Positions 1 to 7,060 of a stretch of 32,000 bases of DNA are shown one piece after another (position 1 is the stretch's first letter; each line of letters begins with the position of its first letter). The position numbers and the translations under genes are program-made. Under the pieces are notes generated by a model. It made no database searches, was not told where the DNA came from, and saw nothing but the letters and a program-made list of their open reading frames with translations. Origin of the DNA: Kiritimatiella glycovorans (GTDB lineage Bacteria; Verrucomicrobiota; Kiritimatiellia; Kiritimatiellales; Kiritimatiellaceae). The stretch lies in contig NZ_CP010904.1 in the NCBI RefSeq assembly GCF_001017655.1, positions 1,290,001 through 1,322,000 on the forward strand, in the 5' to 3' direction.

Positions 1-12
1 ACGGAGCTAAGC

Positions 13-882
13 ATGAATAAGGTTATCGCGAAAGAACAGCTTGCGGAAGAAGTCTATCGGATGCGGGTGCACGCGCCGCTGATCGCGGAGGAGCGCCGTC
101 CGGGCCAGTTCGTGATCGTGCAGCAGGACACCGACTACGGTGAACGGATACCGCTGACGATTGCCGACGCGGACACGGACGAGGGGAGCATTACGCTGAT
201 CTTCCAGTCGGTCGGAAAGTCGACGCACAAACTCGCGGAGCTGGAGCCCGGCGACGCGATCAACAACGTGGTCGGCCCGCTCGGCAAACCCACGCATATC
301 GAAAACTTCGGCACGGCGGTCTGCGTGGGCGGCGGGATCGGCGCCGCGCCGCTCTACCCCATCGCGCAGGCGCTGAAAGAGGCGGGCAACCATCTGACCG
401 TCATTATCGGTGCGCGCAACGCGGAACTGATGATCCTCGAGGACGAGATGCGCGCGATCGCCGATGAACTGATCGTCTGCACGGACGACGGATCGCACGG
501 GCGCAAGGCGCTGGTGACGGAGCCGTTGAAAGAAGTCTGCGAACGCGACCCGCGCCCGGACCTGGCTGTCGCCATCGGCCCGCCGGTCATGATGAAGTTC
601 TGCGCCGGGACGACCCGGCCCTACGAGGTGCCCACCGTGGTCTCGCTCAATACGATCATGATCGACGGCACCGGGATGTGCGGAGGATGCCGGGTGACCG
701 TCGGCGGCGAGACGCGGTTCGTCTGCGTGGACGGCCCGGAGTTCGACGGCCACCAGGTCGATTTCGATAATATGATCCAGCGGCTGGGCACCTATAAGCC
801 GCTGGAGGACGATGAACACGAGCAATGCCATCTCGAGATGGCGGCGCGCGACAAAGAGCAAAGCCGGAACGAATCCTCATGA
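13..882 (+). CDS. NfnA/SudB-type small subunit of ferredoxin:NADP oxidoreductase (PyrK-like FAD/NAD-binding protein with C-terminal 2Fe-2S site)
   Basis: ATG at 13 preceded by GGAG. Ferredoxin-reductase-type fold motifs (RIPLTIAD, CVGGGIGAAPLYP) and C-terminal Cys cluster (GMCGGCRV...FVCVDGP). Translationally coupled (ATGA at 879-882) to a GltD-like partner, the usual NfnAB/SudAB arrangement. Confidence 0.8.
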   Translation: MNKVIAKEQLAEEVYRMRVHAPLIAEERRPGQFVIVQQDTDYGERIPLTIADADTDEGSITLIFQSVGKSTHKLAELEPGDAINNVVGPLGKPTHIENFGTAVCVGGGIGAAPLYPIAQALKEAGNHLTVIIGARNAELMILEDEMRAIADELIVCTDDGSHGRKALVTEPLKEVCERDPRPDLAVAIGPPVMMKFCAGTTRPYEVPTVVSLNTIMIDGTGMCGGCRVTVGGETRFVCVDGPEFDGHQVDFDNMIQRLGTYKPLEDDEHEQCHLEMAARDKEQSRNESS

Positions 883-2375
883 GTTATCAGCCCCCCGAAA
901 AACTGCAGCAGGAAGCGGAACGACTGCTCAAGGAAGTCAATCCGCGCGCGAGCGAACTGAAGCCCAAAGAGCGGATGGCGATCCCTCCGCAGACGATACC
1001 GGAACAGGACCCGGCCGTCCGGCGGCACAATATGAACGAAGTCGCGCTCGGCTACACCGAGGAACAGGCCCGCCTGGAAGCCATGCGCTGCCTCAAGTGT
1101 AAAAACGCCCCCTGTATCGAAGGCTGCCCCGTGCGGATCGACATCCCCGGCTTCGTGAGTGCGATCGCGGAAGGCGACGACGACCGCGCGGCGCAGATCC
1201 TGAAACGCAACAGTCTGCTGCCCGCCGTCTGCGGGCGGGTCTGCCCGCAGGAGACGCAGTGCCAGGAGCACTGCACCGTCGGCAAGGCGCTCAAGGACCG
1301 CGACCAGGCCGTGGCGATCGGCAAGCTGGAACGGTTTGCCGCCGATCGCGAGCGCGAACACAACGGCGGGGCCATCCCGGGCATCCAGCCCGACACCGGG
1401 AAGAAAGTGGCCATCATCGGCACGGGCCCCGCTTCGATTACCGTCGCCGCCGACGTCCGCCGCGAGGGGCACGCGGTGACCATGCTCGAGGCGTTCCACA
1501 AACCCGGCGGCGTGATGATCTACGGCATCCCCGAATTCCGCCTGCCCAACGATATCGTCGAGGCGGAAATCGAAGGGCTGCGCAGGATGGGCGTCGAAAT
1601 CAAGACGAACTTCGTCGTCGGCCGCACCCGCAAACTGAAGGACCTCATCGAAAAGGACGGCTACGACGCGGTCTTCGTCGGCACGGGAGCCGGACTCCCC
1701 CGCTTCATGAACATCGAGGGCGAAAACCTCGTCGGCGTCTACTCGGCCAACGAATACCTCACCCGCTCGAACCTCATGCGCGCCTACGAGCGCGACCGGG
1801 CCGACACCCCGATCCTCGAATCGAAACAAGTCGCCGTGCTCGGCGGCGGCAACGTGGCGATGGACGCCGCGCGCAGTGCGTTCCGGCTGGGCGCGGAGGA
1901 AGTGCACCTCATCTACCGGCGCACGGAGAAGGAAATGCCCGCCCGGGTAGAGGAAGTCGCCCACGCGAAGGAAGAAGGCGTGGAGTTTCACGTGCTCCAG
2001 AACGCGAAGCGGATTCTGGGCGACGAACACGGACGCGTCAAAGCGATCGAGTGCCTGCGGTACGAACTGGGCGAACCGGATGACTCCGGCCGGCGGCGTC
2101 CGGTCGCGATCGAGGGCAGCGAGTTCACGATCGACGTGGACACCGTCGTGGTCGCCATCGGCAACTCGTCGAATCCTCTGATCTCTCAGACGACGCCGGA
2201 GCTGAAGGTGAACCGCTGGGGGAATATCGAGGTCGACGAAGACAACCGCAGCTCGATGGACCGCGTTTACGCGGGCGGCGATATCGTGCTCGGCGCCGCC
2301 ACGGTGATCCTCGCCATGGGCGAAGGCCGCCGCGCCGCGGAGGCCATCAACGCCCAGCTTCGCGATGAAGGCTGA
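879..2375 (+). CDS. NfnB/SudA-type large subunit (GltD-like NADPH-dependent glutamate synthase small-chain family oxidoreductase)
   Basis: Track ORF starts at 825, but the ATG at 879 overlaps the upstream stop. Two Cys clusters (CLKCKNAPCIEGCPV; CGRVCPQETQCQEHC) and two dinucleotide-binding folds (VAIIGTGPAS; VAVLGGGNVAMD). C-terminal VYAGGD motif typical of GltD/NfnB. Confidence 0.85.
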   Translation: MSYQPPEKLQQEAERLLKEVNPRASELKPKERMAIPPQTIPEQDPAVRRHNMNEVALGYTEEQARLEAMRCLKCKNAPCIEGCPVRIDIPGFVSAIAEGDDDRAAQILKRNSLLPAVCGRVCPQETQCQEHCTVGKALKDRDQAVAIGKLERFAADREREHNGGAIPGIQPDTGKKVAIIGTGPASITVAADVRREGHAVTMLEAFHKPGGVMIYGIPEFRLPNDIVEAEIEGLRRMGVEIKTNFVVGRTRKLKDLIEKDGYDAVFVGTGAGLPRFMNIEGENLVGVYSANEYLTRSNLMRAYERDRADTPILESKQVAVLGGGNVAMDAARSAFRLGAEEVHLIYRRTEKEMPARVEEVAHAKEEGVEFHVLQNAKRILGDEHGRVKAIECLRYELGEPDDSGRRRPVAIEGSEFTIDVDTVVVAIGNSSNPLISQTTPELKVNRWGNIEVDEDNRSSMDRVYAGGDIVLGAATVILAMGEGRRAAEAINAQLRDEG

Positions 2376-3051
2376 ACTCAAGGTTTTCGACAGCCCGCAC
2401 GCTCTCTACGATCATACGGCCTCCGTCCTGCGCGGATGGATGACTAGACCTCCGCCGGGAGCCCAGCTGACGGGGATCATGCTGTCGGGCGGCCGCACCC
2501 CGCAAAAGGTCTTCAGCCGCCTTGCCGGAACTTCGTCCACGCTCCACCCGAAAGTAATGCTTTTCCTGAGCGATGAGCGCATGGTGCCCTTCTCGTCCGA
2601 TCAGAGCAACTTCGGTCATGTGCGTCCCATGCTGAAGGCCTGGGCGGCGGGCGGCGAACAGCTGCTGCCGGTCCATACGGAATTGCCGCTGGAGGATGCG
2701 GCGGAACGGTTCGACCGCGACCTGGGGCAGGCCCTGCTCCGCGGCCTCCGTATCGGATTCGGACTCCTCGGGCTGGGTACGGACGGCCATACCGCCTCGC
2801 TGTTCACGCGCGAGGACGCCGCGCGCGGCGGGGACGAACTGGCCTGCGCCGTTCGCCGGGAGGACGAACCGGATCGTGTCAGCGTCACCCCCGCCCTGCT
2901 CCGCTGCGTACAACGCATCCGGATCCTCGCGGGCGGCGAATCGAAGCGTTCGATGATCGGGCGCCTGATGGAGGATCCCGATTCGATCCCCGCGGGCCGC
3001 GCCCTCCACGATCATCCCGACGTCGAGATATGGACGGAGCAAAGGCTGTAA
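2365..3051 (+). CDS. pgl: 6-phosphogluconolactonase
   Basis: Family motifs LSGGRTPQKVF, LSDERMVP, GLGTDGHTASLF. Overlaps the end of the upstream gene by 11 nt. Confidence 0.8.
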   Translation: MKAELKVFDSPHALYDHTASVLRGWMTRPPPGAQLTGIMLSGGRTPQKVFSRLAGTSSTLHPKVMLFLSDERMVPFSSDQSNFGHVRPMLKAWAAGGEQLLPVHTELPLEDAAERFDRDLGQALLRGLRIGFGLLGLGTDGHTASLFTREDAARGGDELACAVRREDEPDRVSVTPALLRCVQRIRILAGGESKRSMIGRLMEDPDSIPAGRALHDHPDVEIWTEQRL

Positions 3052-3079
3052 CCGGACCGGATCCGCCCCATACGACGGC

Positions 3080-3109
3080 TTGACGCCGCCTTGCTTCCGG
3101 CACGAGAAT
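3080..3109 (+). promoter_or_regulatory. Candidate sigma70-type promoter for queF (TTGACG-N18-GAGAAT)
   Basis: TTGACG at 3080-3085 and GAGAAT at 3104-3109, about 30 nt upstream of the queF ATG. Sequence match only. Confidence 0.3.
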
Positions 3110-3139
3110 GGATCCGATCCAGCGAGGAGAGAATCGGTT

Positions 3140-3550
3140 ATGAATAAACAGCGTTACGAGGAACTCAAGCATCTCGGCGCGGGCGAGAAGAGCTACCCTG
3201 ACACCCCCGACCGGGCCATTCTGGAGACCTTCTCCAACGAGCATCCCGACCGCGTCTACTGGATCACGTTCGACAGCGACGAATTCACCTCGCTCTGCCC
3301 GGTCACCGGTCAGCCCGATTTCGGTTCAATACGGATCGAATATGTCCCCGCGGACCGCTGTATCGAGAGCAAGTCGCTCAAGCTCTACCTGTTCTCATTC
3401 CGCCAGGTGGGATCCTTCTACGAAGATGTGATCAACCGCATCTACTCCGACCTGCACGCTGTTCTGGAACCCCGGCGACTCGTAGTCCGCGGCCGGTTCA
3501 CCGCCCGCGGCGGCATCACTTCGACGGTGAGGGTCGACTCGGCGGAGTGA
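3140..3550 (+). CDS. queF: NADPH-dependent 7-cyano-7-deazaguanine (preQ0) reductase, unimodular type
   Basis: Start moved to the ATG at 3140 (GAGGAGA RBS upstream; the track start at 3080 is a TTG). Catalytic Cys context SLCPVTGQPDF and QueF motif ESKSLKLYL. Confidence 0.9.
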   Translation: MNKQRYEELKHLGAGEKSYPDTPDRAILETFSNEHPDRVYWITFDSDEFTSLCPVTGQPDFGSIRIEYVPADRCIESKSLKLYLFSFRQVGSFYEDVINRIYSDLHAVLEPRRLVVRGRFTARGGITSTVRVDSAE

Positions 3551-3555
3551 CGGAA

Positions 3556-3705
3556 ACGTCCGTAGTAGCGCCGTAAGCCTGCCCCGCAGGCAAGGCGCGT
3601 GAAAGATCACGGCCCTGGCCCCGCTTCGCGGTCCTGCGAGCCTGCTACGAGCGTGAAGAAGTTCGTAGTAGCGCCGCAGCCGGCCCCCGGCAGACCAGGC
3701 GCGTC
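3556..3705. repeat. Cluster of three REP-like hairpin repeats in a convergent intergenic region
   Basis: Copy A (3561-3600, +) and copy B (3664-3704, +) share CGTAGTAGCGCCG...GGCGCGT. The outer stem GCGCC/GGCGC is identical in both. The inner stem differs but stays paired (GCCTGC-CCC-GCAGGC vs GCCGG-CCC-CCGGC). A third, inverted and more diverged copy carries CGTAGCAG (reverse complement of 3642-3649) and hairpin CCGC-TTC-GCGG (3621-3631). Confidence 0.6.
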
Positions 3706-3708
3706 ATG

Positions 3709-3737
3709 AAAAAACGGCGGACGTTATCGTCCTGCTG
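3709..3737 (-). terminator. Intrinsic terminator downstream of queD
   Basis: On the minus strand: CAGC-A-GGACG AUAA CGUCC GCCG followed directly by UUUUUU (plus-strand A-run 3709-3714), 6 nt after the queD stop. Confidence 0.6.
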
Positions 3738-3743
3738 CGTGCT

Positions 3744-4118
3744 TTATCCCGTCCCGCCACCCCGGTACCGGCAGCCGCATTCAGGGCTTTCCTTCACTTC
3801 GATCTCCGCCAGGCCGGGCAGCGCATCGATCAGCCGGCCCCAGAACCAGCGGCAGAGGTGTTCGCTGGTCGGATTTTCCAGGCCGGGGATGTCGTTGAGC
3901 GTCTTATGGTCCAACTCGGCGACCACCGGATCGACGGCGGCGCGCAGATCGGCGAAGTCGAGCACCCAGCCCTTTTCCGCATCCGGCTCCCCTGCGACGG
4001 TCACGACCAGCTCGAACGTATGGCCGTGCGTCGCGCGGCACTTGTGTTCCTCCCCGCTTGAGGGAAGGCGGTGCGCGGCGCTGAAGCGGAACGTGCAGTA
4101 TAGTTCGGTCGTCGGCAT
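3744..4118 (-). CDS. queD: 6-carboxy-5,6,7,8-tetrahydropterin synthase
   Basis: Start set to the ATG at 4118 (MPTTELY...), 2 nt after the queC stop. PTPS-family motifs FRFSAAHRL and CRATHGHTFEL. Confidence 0.9.
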   Translation of the reverse strand: MPTTELYCTFRFSAAHRLPSSGEEHKCRATHGHTFELVVTVAGEPDAEKGWVLDFADLRAAVDPVVAELDHKTLNDIPGLENPTSEHLCRWFWGRLIDALPGLAEIEVKESPECGCRYRGGGTG

Positions 4119-4120
4119 CA

Positions 4121-4828
4121 CTATCCTTTCGCGTACTCGATCGGGTCCTGCAGACCCGCCTCCTCGAACCCCTTCCGCCGCAGACGGCAGGCCTCGCACT
4201 GTCCGCAGGCGCGGCCGTCGCCTTCCGGGTCGTAGCAGGTCCTCGTAAGCCCGTAGTCCACGCCCAGCCGGCGTCCGCGCGCAATGATCTCCGCCTTGCT
4301 CATCCCGATCAGCGGCGTGTGGATCTGTACGCGGATCCGCCCCTCCACCGACTCGCGGGTCGCCAGGCTCGCCATGGCCTCGAAGGCGTCGATGAATTCA
4401 GGCCGGCAGTCGGGGTAGCCGCTGTAATCCACCGCGTTCACCCCGATATAGATATCCCCGGTGCCGAGCACTTCCGCCCACCCCAGCGCGATCGAGAGAA
4501 AGATCGTATTGCGGGCCGGGACGTAGGTGACCGGTATGGCGGCGGCCGTCCCGCCGCCCGGTCGCTTCTCTCCCCTGGGAACGTCCAGGTCCGCCGTGAG
4601 CGCGGATCCTCCGATCCGGCGCAGGTCGAGGTCCATCACGAGGTGTTCTTTCACCCCGAGGTCGTCGGCGACGGCGCGCGCCGCGTCCAGCTCCAGTTCA
4701 TGGCGCTGTCCGTAGCGGAGCGTCAGGGCATAGCACTCCAGATCATGGCTGCGCGCCTCCGCGAGCACCGTGGCGGAATCCAGCCCGCCGCTGAGGAGGA
4801 CCACCGCACGTCTGTTGGTTGCTCTCAT
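4121..4828 (-). CDS. queC: 7-cyano-7-deazaguanine synthase
   Basis: PP-loop [12 protein letters not shown] and C-terminal zinc Cys cluster (TRTCY...[10 protein letters not shown]). Confidence 0.92.
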   Translation of the reverse strand: MRATNRRAVVLLSGGLDSATVLAEARSHDLECYALTLRYGQRHELELDAARAVADDLGVKEHLVMDLDLRRIGGSALTADLDVPRGEKRPGGGTAAAIPVTYVPARNTIFLSIALGWAEVLGTGDIYIGVNAVDYSGYPDCRPEFIDAFEAMASLATRESVEGRIRVQIHTPLIGMSKAEIIARGRRLGVDYGLTRTCYDPEGDGRACGQCEACRLRRKGFEEAGLQDPIEYAKG

Positions 4829-4841
4829 CCCGATCGACCTC

Positions 4842-5621
4842 TTAAATCATGCCCAGGGTATGGTGACATTGCGGGATAATCCGCACCTCCAGGGCATTCT
4901 GCGCCAGGAAGGCCTGCAGTTCAAGCAGCCTGCGCGCCGACGGCGGTTCGGGGCCGTGTTTCACGCGCGTGACCGGCTGCAGTACCAGCGGAAGCCGATC
5001 GCCGACCGCCTCCGCGAGTTCGGCAAGTTCGGTCTCATCGGTTGAAGCCGCAATCACCGCCTTCACAAAAGCGGTTTCGATCTTTTCCGCGCAGAGCTTC
5101 ACGCAGCGGCCCACCCGTTCCCAGTCCGTCGATTCATCCGTGGCCTGCGGCAGCTTGGCGTCCAGCGCCACACTATCGACCCACGGAGCTATCCGTTCCA
5201 GCTCGTCCGGATGGTCCCCCGCCGTCTCGAGGAGTACGCGAAGGCCCTCCGATTTCAGCAGCGGAAGCAGCAAGGACAGGAAATCGGTCTGCAGCAGGGG
5301 CTCGCCGCCCGTCAGGGCCACGGCCGCATGGAGTCCGGAGGGCCGTTTCAGCGTGTCGATTTCATCTATGAGCCGCTGTGGTTCGACCGGATTCGCGACG
5401 GTACGGAAGTGACCGCTGCCGGCCGGGCTTTCCACGCGGAACGTCGATCCCGCTTTCACCGGAGTATCGCAGTACGCGCAGCGGCGGTGACATCCGGCAA
5501 AGCGCACAAAGAGGTGTCGTTCGCCGACACAGAGCCCCTCGCCCTGAATCGAGCTGAAGATCTCGATCAGTTCCGCGGTCGGGGCGGCCCCGCGTGGAGC
5601 GACCGCATCCGTTTCATTCAT
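4842..5621 (-). CDS. queE: 7-carboxy-7-deazaguanine synthase (radical SAM)
   Basis: Start set to the ATG at 5621 (MNETD...). IFSSIQGEG motif and radical-SAM cluster [10 protein letters not shown]. Confidence 0.88.
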   Translation of the reverse strand: MNETDAVAPRGAAPTAELIEIFSSIQGEGLCVGERHLFVRFAGCHRRCAYCDTPVKAGSTFRVESPAGSGHFRTVANPVEPQRLIDEIDTLKRPSGLHAAVALTGGEPLLQTDFLSLLLPLLKSEGLRVLLETAGDHPDELERIAPWVDSVALDAKLPQATDESTDWERVGRCVKLCAEKIETAFVKAVIAASTDETELAELAEAVGDRLPLVLQPVTRVKHGPEPPSARRLLELQAFLAQNALEVRIIPQCHHTLGMI

Positions 5622-5673
5622 GGCGCGCTCCCCCTGTTGCCGGATCCGTGGCTCTGCCGGTACGGCAGCCGGG

Positions 5674-6357
5674 TCATGCGCCGTACGGATCGTGTTTACC
5701 TTCCGGCAGGGCATGGCCCACCAGCTCGTCAAAGCTCTCGATAGTCACGTCCGGCTGCTGATCGGCATCCCGTCGGCCAAACCCGTAGGCGGCGTAGATC
5801 GATCGCATGCCGATGCGGGAGGCGACCTCGAGGTCGGTACGGTGATCGCCGACCATCCACGTCAGGTGCGTGGAAAGGTTCAGCGAGGTCAGGATGCGGC
5901 GCAGACCGCCGGGATCCGGCTTTAAAGCTTCGATATCGCCGCCGCCGATCACAAGAGCGAAAAAGTCGCTGAGTCCGAAATGGTTCAGGATTTCTCTCGT
6001 GCTCTTCCCCGGCTTGTTGGTGAGCACCGCCAGCTTCAGCCCGGCCGTACGCAGCTTTTCGAGGCCTTCCGCTACGCCGGGATACAGCGCGGTCTCATCG
6101 GTCATGTGCCGGCGGTAGTGTTCGAGATAAACGGGCAGCGCCTCCTCGACATCGACCCCGGTTCCTTCCAGGGAGCGTTCCACGAGTTTGCGCGCGCCGT
6201 CGCCGATGCCGTTCGTGACCGACTCCTGATCGAGCGCCTCCAGATCGTAATCCGCGCGCATCAGGTTCACCGCCCGGACGAGATCGGGGCGCGAGTCCAC
6301 CAGCGTTCCGTCGAGATCGAATACCAGTCCTTCCGTCATCAGATGCATCCCTTTCAT
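5674..6357 (-). CDS. HAD-superfamily hydrolase, phosphoglycolate phosphatase-like
   Basis: HAD motif I FDLDGTLVDS, motif II LTNK, motif III VGDHRTD. The true start may be the ATG at 6339 (MTEGLVF...), which has an AAGGGA RBS-like sequence 8 nt upstream. Confidence 0.75.
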   Translation of the reverse strand: MKGMHLMTEGLVFDLDGTLVDSRPDLVRAVNLMRADYDLEALDQESVTNGIGDGARKLVERSLEGTGVDVEEALPVYLEHYRRHMTDETALYPGVAEGLEKLRTAGLKLAVLTNKPGKSTREILNHFGLSDFFALVIGGGDIEALKPDPGGLRRILTSLNLSTHLTWMVGDHRTDLEVASRIGMRSIYAAYGFGRRDADQQPDVTIESFDELVGHALPEGKHDPYGA

Positions 6358-6409
6358 GATAAGACATCAATAAAACAGGTTGCGACCGGGGTCGCCAAGA
6401 CACAAATCG

Positions 6410-6437
6410 TTTGACAATCCCGGCCGGTCGTTTACAA
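6410..6437 (+). promoter_or_regulatory. Candidate sigma70-type promoter for the B12 uptake unit (TTGACA-N16-TACAAA)
   Basis: Perfect -35 TTGACA at 6410-6415 and TACAAA at 6432-6437, placed just upstream of the riboswitch core. Confidence 0.4.
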
Positions 6438-6540
6438 AAGGGCGCTTGAAGCGGGCGGGAAGGGCCGTGAGATTCGGCCGCTGACGCGCAACTGTGTGGG
6501 GGTACCCGAGCCAGACCTCGTCCGCTGCGGCCTCCGGTTT
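6438..6540 (+). promoter_or_regulatory. Cobalamin (B12) riboswitch aptamer; the leader continues to the RBS at about 6701
   Basis: GCGGGAAGGGCCGUGAGAUUCGGCCGCUGACGCGCAACUGU matches the conserved cobalamin core, and the GCUGACGCGCA stretch is identical to that of the E. coli btuB leader. B12-box-like GAGCCAGACCUCGUCC lies at 6507-6522. It sits upstream of a TonB-dependent receptor, a B12-type ABC importer and cobO. Boundaries are approximate. Confidence 0.8.
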
Positions 6541-6715
6541 GGTCTTCTCCGCGGATGGGGAGAGCAAGCGTTCCCCGCGGAACCTGCGTGTTCCCGCCAG
6601 GCGTACCTTCGCTCTTTTTCCTCTCCCGGAATCCATCCCGGCGGCCGTCATACGAGAGCCGCCGCACGGTGCGTCGGCCTCACAATGAAGCGGGACGACA
6701 CAAGGAGACACAGGG

Positions 6716-7060
6716 ATGAATGCATGGAAGACAGCGGCGGGTATCGCCGTGCTTACGGCGGCGGGCGCGCTACCCGCCGCGGAGACCAACACAACGGAGA
6801 CGGCGGCGCGTGAAGTGGTCGTCACGGCCCGGAGAGTGGAGAGCGACATCCGGACGGAGCCGCGCAACGCGATCGTCATTGACGGCGGCGACCTGCGCGC
6901 CCGCGGATACAGCTCGCTCGACCAGGTCCTCGAGAAAGAGGCGGGCGTCACGTTTCATGCGTTCGGGGAAAGTCCCGCACTGCAGAGGCCGAACATGCGG
7001 GGCTTCGGCGGCGATGCCCCCCACCAGAAGATCCTGATCCTGCTCACGGCCGTAAGATGA
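6716..7060 (+). CDS. TonB-dependent receptor (BtuB-like), N-terminal fragment: signal peptide, TonB box, first half of plug; truncated by frameshift
   Basis: AAGGAGA RBS at 6701-6707. Signal peptide MNAWKTAAGIAVLTAAGALPAAE, TonB-box-like EVVVTARR and plug motifs (MRGFGG...KILILL), then 4 out-of-family codons and TGA. See the frameshift finding. Confidence 0.8.
   Translation: MNAWKTAAGIAVLTAAGALPAAETNTTETAAREVVVTARRVESDIRTEPRNAIVIDGGDLRARGYSSLDQVLEKEAGVTFHAFGESPALQRPNMRGFGGDAPHQKILILLTAVR

Noticed and set aside
825-878. The longest-ORF start codons offered by the track: 825, 3080, 4199, 5732, 9662, 22914, 23693, 25107, 26165, 28323, 30217.
   Set aside because: In each case a downstream start coincides with the upstream gene's stop (4-nt overlap), or has a clear RBS and gives the family-typical N-terminus. 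The upstream extensions are Arg/Gly-rich and overlap the neighbouring gene.
3052-3139. A preQ1 riboswitch upstream of queF, and likewise upstream of queE at 5622-5673.
   Set aside because: Neither short leader contains the preQ1-I type hairpin followed by an A-rich tail (..CCC..CTA..AAAAAACTA-like), or any comparable structure. Only promoter and RBS-like sequences are visible.
6095-6951. Minus-strand ORFs of 190 and 194 aa spanning the riboswitch leader and the receptor start.
   Set aside because: They cover a region explained by a conserved riboswitch core and by the receptor's signal peptide and TonB box. They also have a shadow-ORF composition.
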